From Balanoglossus misakiensis (taxonomy: Eukaryota > Animalia > Hemichordata): a stretch of DNA of 64,000 bases. Shown here in pieces: positions 62,646 to 64,000 of this stretch. Location: NCBI GenBank assembly GCA_040954595.2, contig CM082582.2, forward strand, positions 13,428,327 through 13,492,326, read 5' to 3'. Below the pieces are notes generated by a model that saw only the letters and a program-made list of their open reading frames with translations, did no database searches and was not told the origin of the DNA. Position 1 is the stretch's first letter, and every line of letters starts with the position of its first letter. The translations under genes and the position numbers were made by a program.

Positions 62646-64000
62646 TTACACTGTGACAAAAAACATCATCCAGATTCAACATGTACAAGCATCTATCTGC
62701 AACAGACGGGAGAGGAAAGTGTCATCAGCATCAGAAACTTGGTAGCCGTGGTAACCGGAGGAATCACCACCCTCAAAGTTTGATGCATATTCATAGATGG
62801 TAATCTTCATTTCCCTGGGATGATAATGTTCATTGACTGAAGGCTGCTCATGATGAAAGTGGTTCCTGTAGAAAACAATGCTCGGCCCTCAAGAGTGCGA
62901 ATATACAGCAGACCAGACGATAATTTCCTGCTTTGCTCAGATGCCTATCCCTAACAAGCGTTTTTTCATCACTCACTCAGTCACTGGACTTGACCATTTC
63001 TATAGAGGTACGAGTAGGTCTCAGCTACTGCAAGGTGTCAGGTTCAACTATTTCAAATACAGCGTTTTTTAATTTACCAGTAGCCTGATTTTAGAGGGAT
63101 CTATAATTATCTTAAATGAGGTATAAACATTAATTTGCTCAAAAAAAAGAACTCTCTTAATAAAGATAAATCCAAGTTTCATGGAACTTGACATGAAATG
63201 GATTAGTAACCATGGAAACTAATGCAGAAATGGTTGTACTAATGACTGATATACAACATCAGAAATTTCAGAAAATCTGTGATAATGAATTAATTTTCCA
63301 AATTGATGTATTATTTGTGGCAAGAGCCCTTCCACCTATTATCGCATGGCAAAGGTTCTGTTCAGCATGATCATAGTACGAAATTATCTGATTTTCGCTC
63401 TTCTTATGTCAACATGTCTTATCAACTTTGGAGATTTTCAGCATTTCATATAGTAACATAAATGCACATAATTTACATAAATTTAGGATTCTGCCTGAGC
63501 ATTTTTGTCTAAGTAAAACCACATCTGTTGTACAGACATACCCAATCTGTCTGTTTCTATGCCAACAGTAAAGCTCAATTTCCTTCTGCATATAAAATAC
63601 TTTCAAGAAGTGTTCCTTGATCAGGCTCAGTTAATCTGTTTAATAAGTTTGGTTTCTTGTGTGGTTTCTTCTTGTATTCAGTGTAACAAACCATTTTTGA
63701 TACATCCTGAATTCTTTTGTGATTTGTTTGGACTCTGATTGGCATCAGTTTCACTTCCCCTTGTCTTCTGTCATTCTAAATTGAATCTGGCCGAGTTTCA
63801 CCATCACTTCTCAATTTAAATATTCTGATACACGGTTAGATGTCATGTTACATGTGCATTGACATTTCATACATCAAGTATTTTCCCCAGAAAAATAACA
63901 GCAAAGGCCAAACTGGAGACTTTTAGAGTAATTTTACAGAGCTGATATCATGTGAAGGAGAGTCAGCTGTTTAAGTCACATATTAAACGTGTTGTTTCAT

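Noticed and set aside
62765-62810. Beta/gamma-crystallin-like motif KITIYEYASNFEG in the candidate uORF
   Set aside because: Spacing is off by one residue and the rest of the Greek-key motif is missing.

Overview
AT-rich animal genomic DNA with GT-AG introns; it looks like an invertebrate, but the taxon cannot be determined from the sequence. Positions 1-~25,740 are a homogeneous tandem satellite of 87/88-bp monomers (~290 copies). The array flips orientation at 9738-9741 through an AATT microhomology, is built from interchangeable sequence modules, and carries local higher-order repeats. All ORF-track hits in this part are artefacts of the repeat. Three spliced genes follow, all reconstructed by hand. 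(1) A DUF1295/steroid 5-alpha-reductase-like membrane protein (minus, 5 coding exons, ~308 aa), with a likely polyA signal ~170 bp from the array. (2) A WDR97-like WD40 gene (plus, 26 core exons, ~1473 aa) with two previously hidden clusters of frame-preserving micro-exons. (3) A signal peptide-CUB-CUB-LDLa x3-TM receptor-like gene (minus, 10 coding exons, ~528 aa, Neto-like) with a PDZ-type C-terminus and a cluster of RFX X-box-like motifs. The most notable candidates are the WDR97 micro-exon cassette system and the inverted satellite abutting a gene transcribed toward it.
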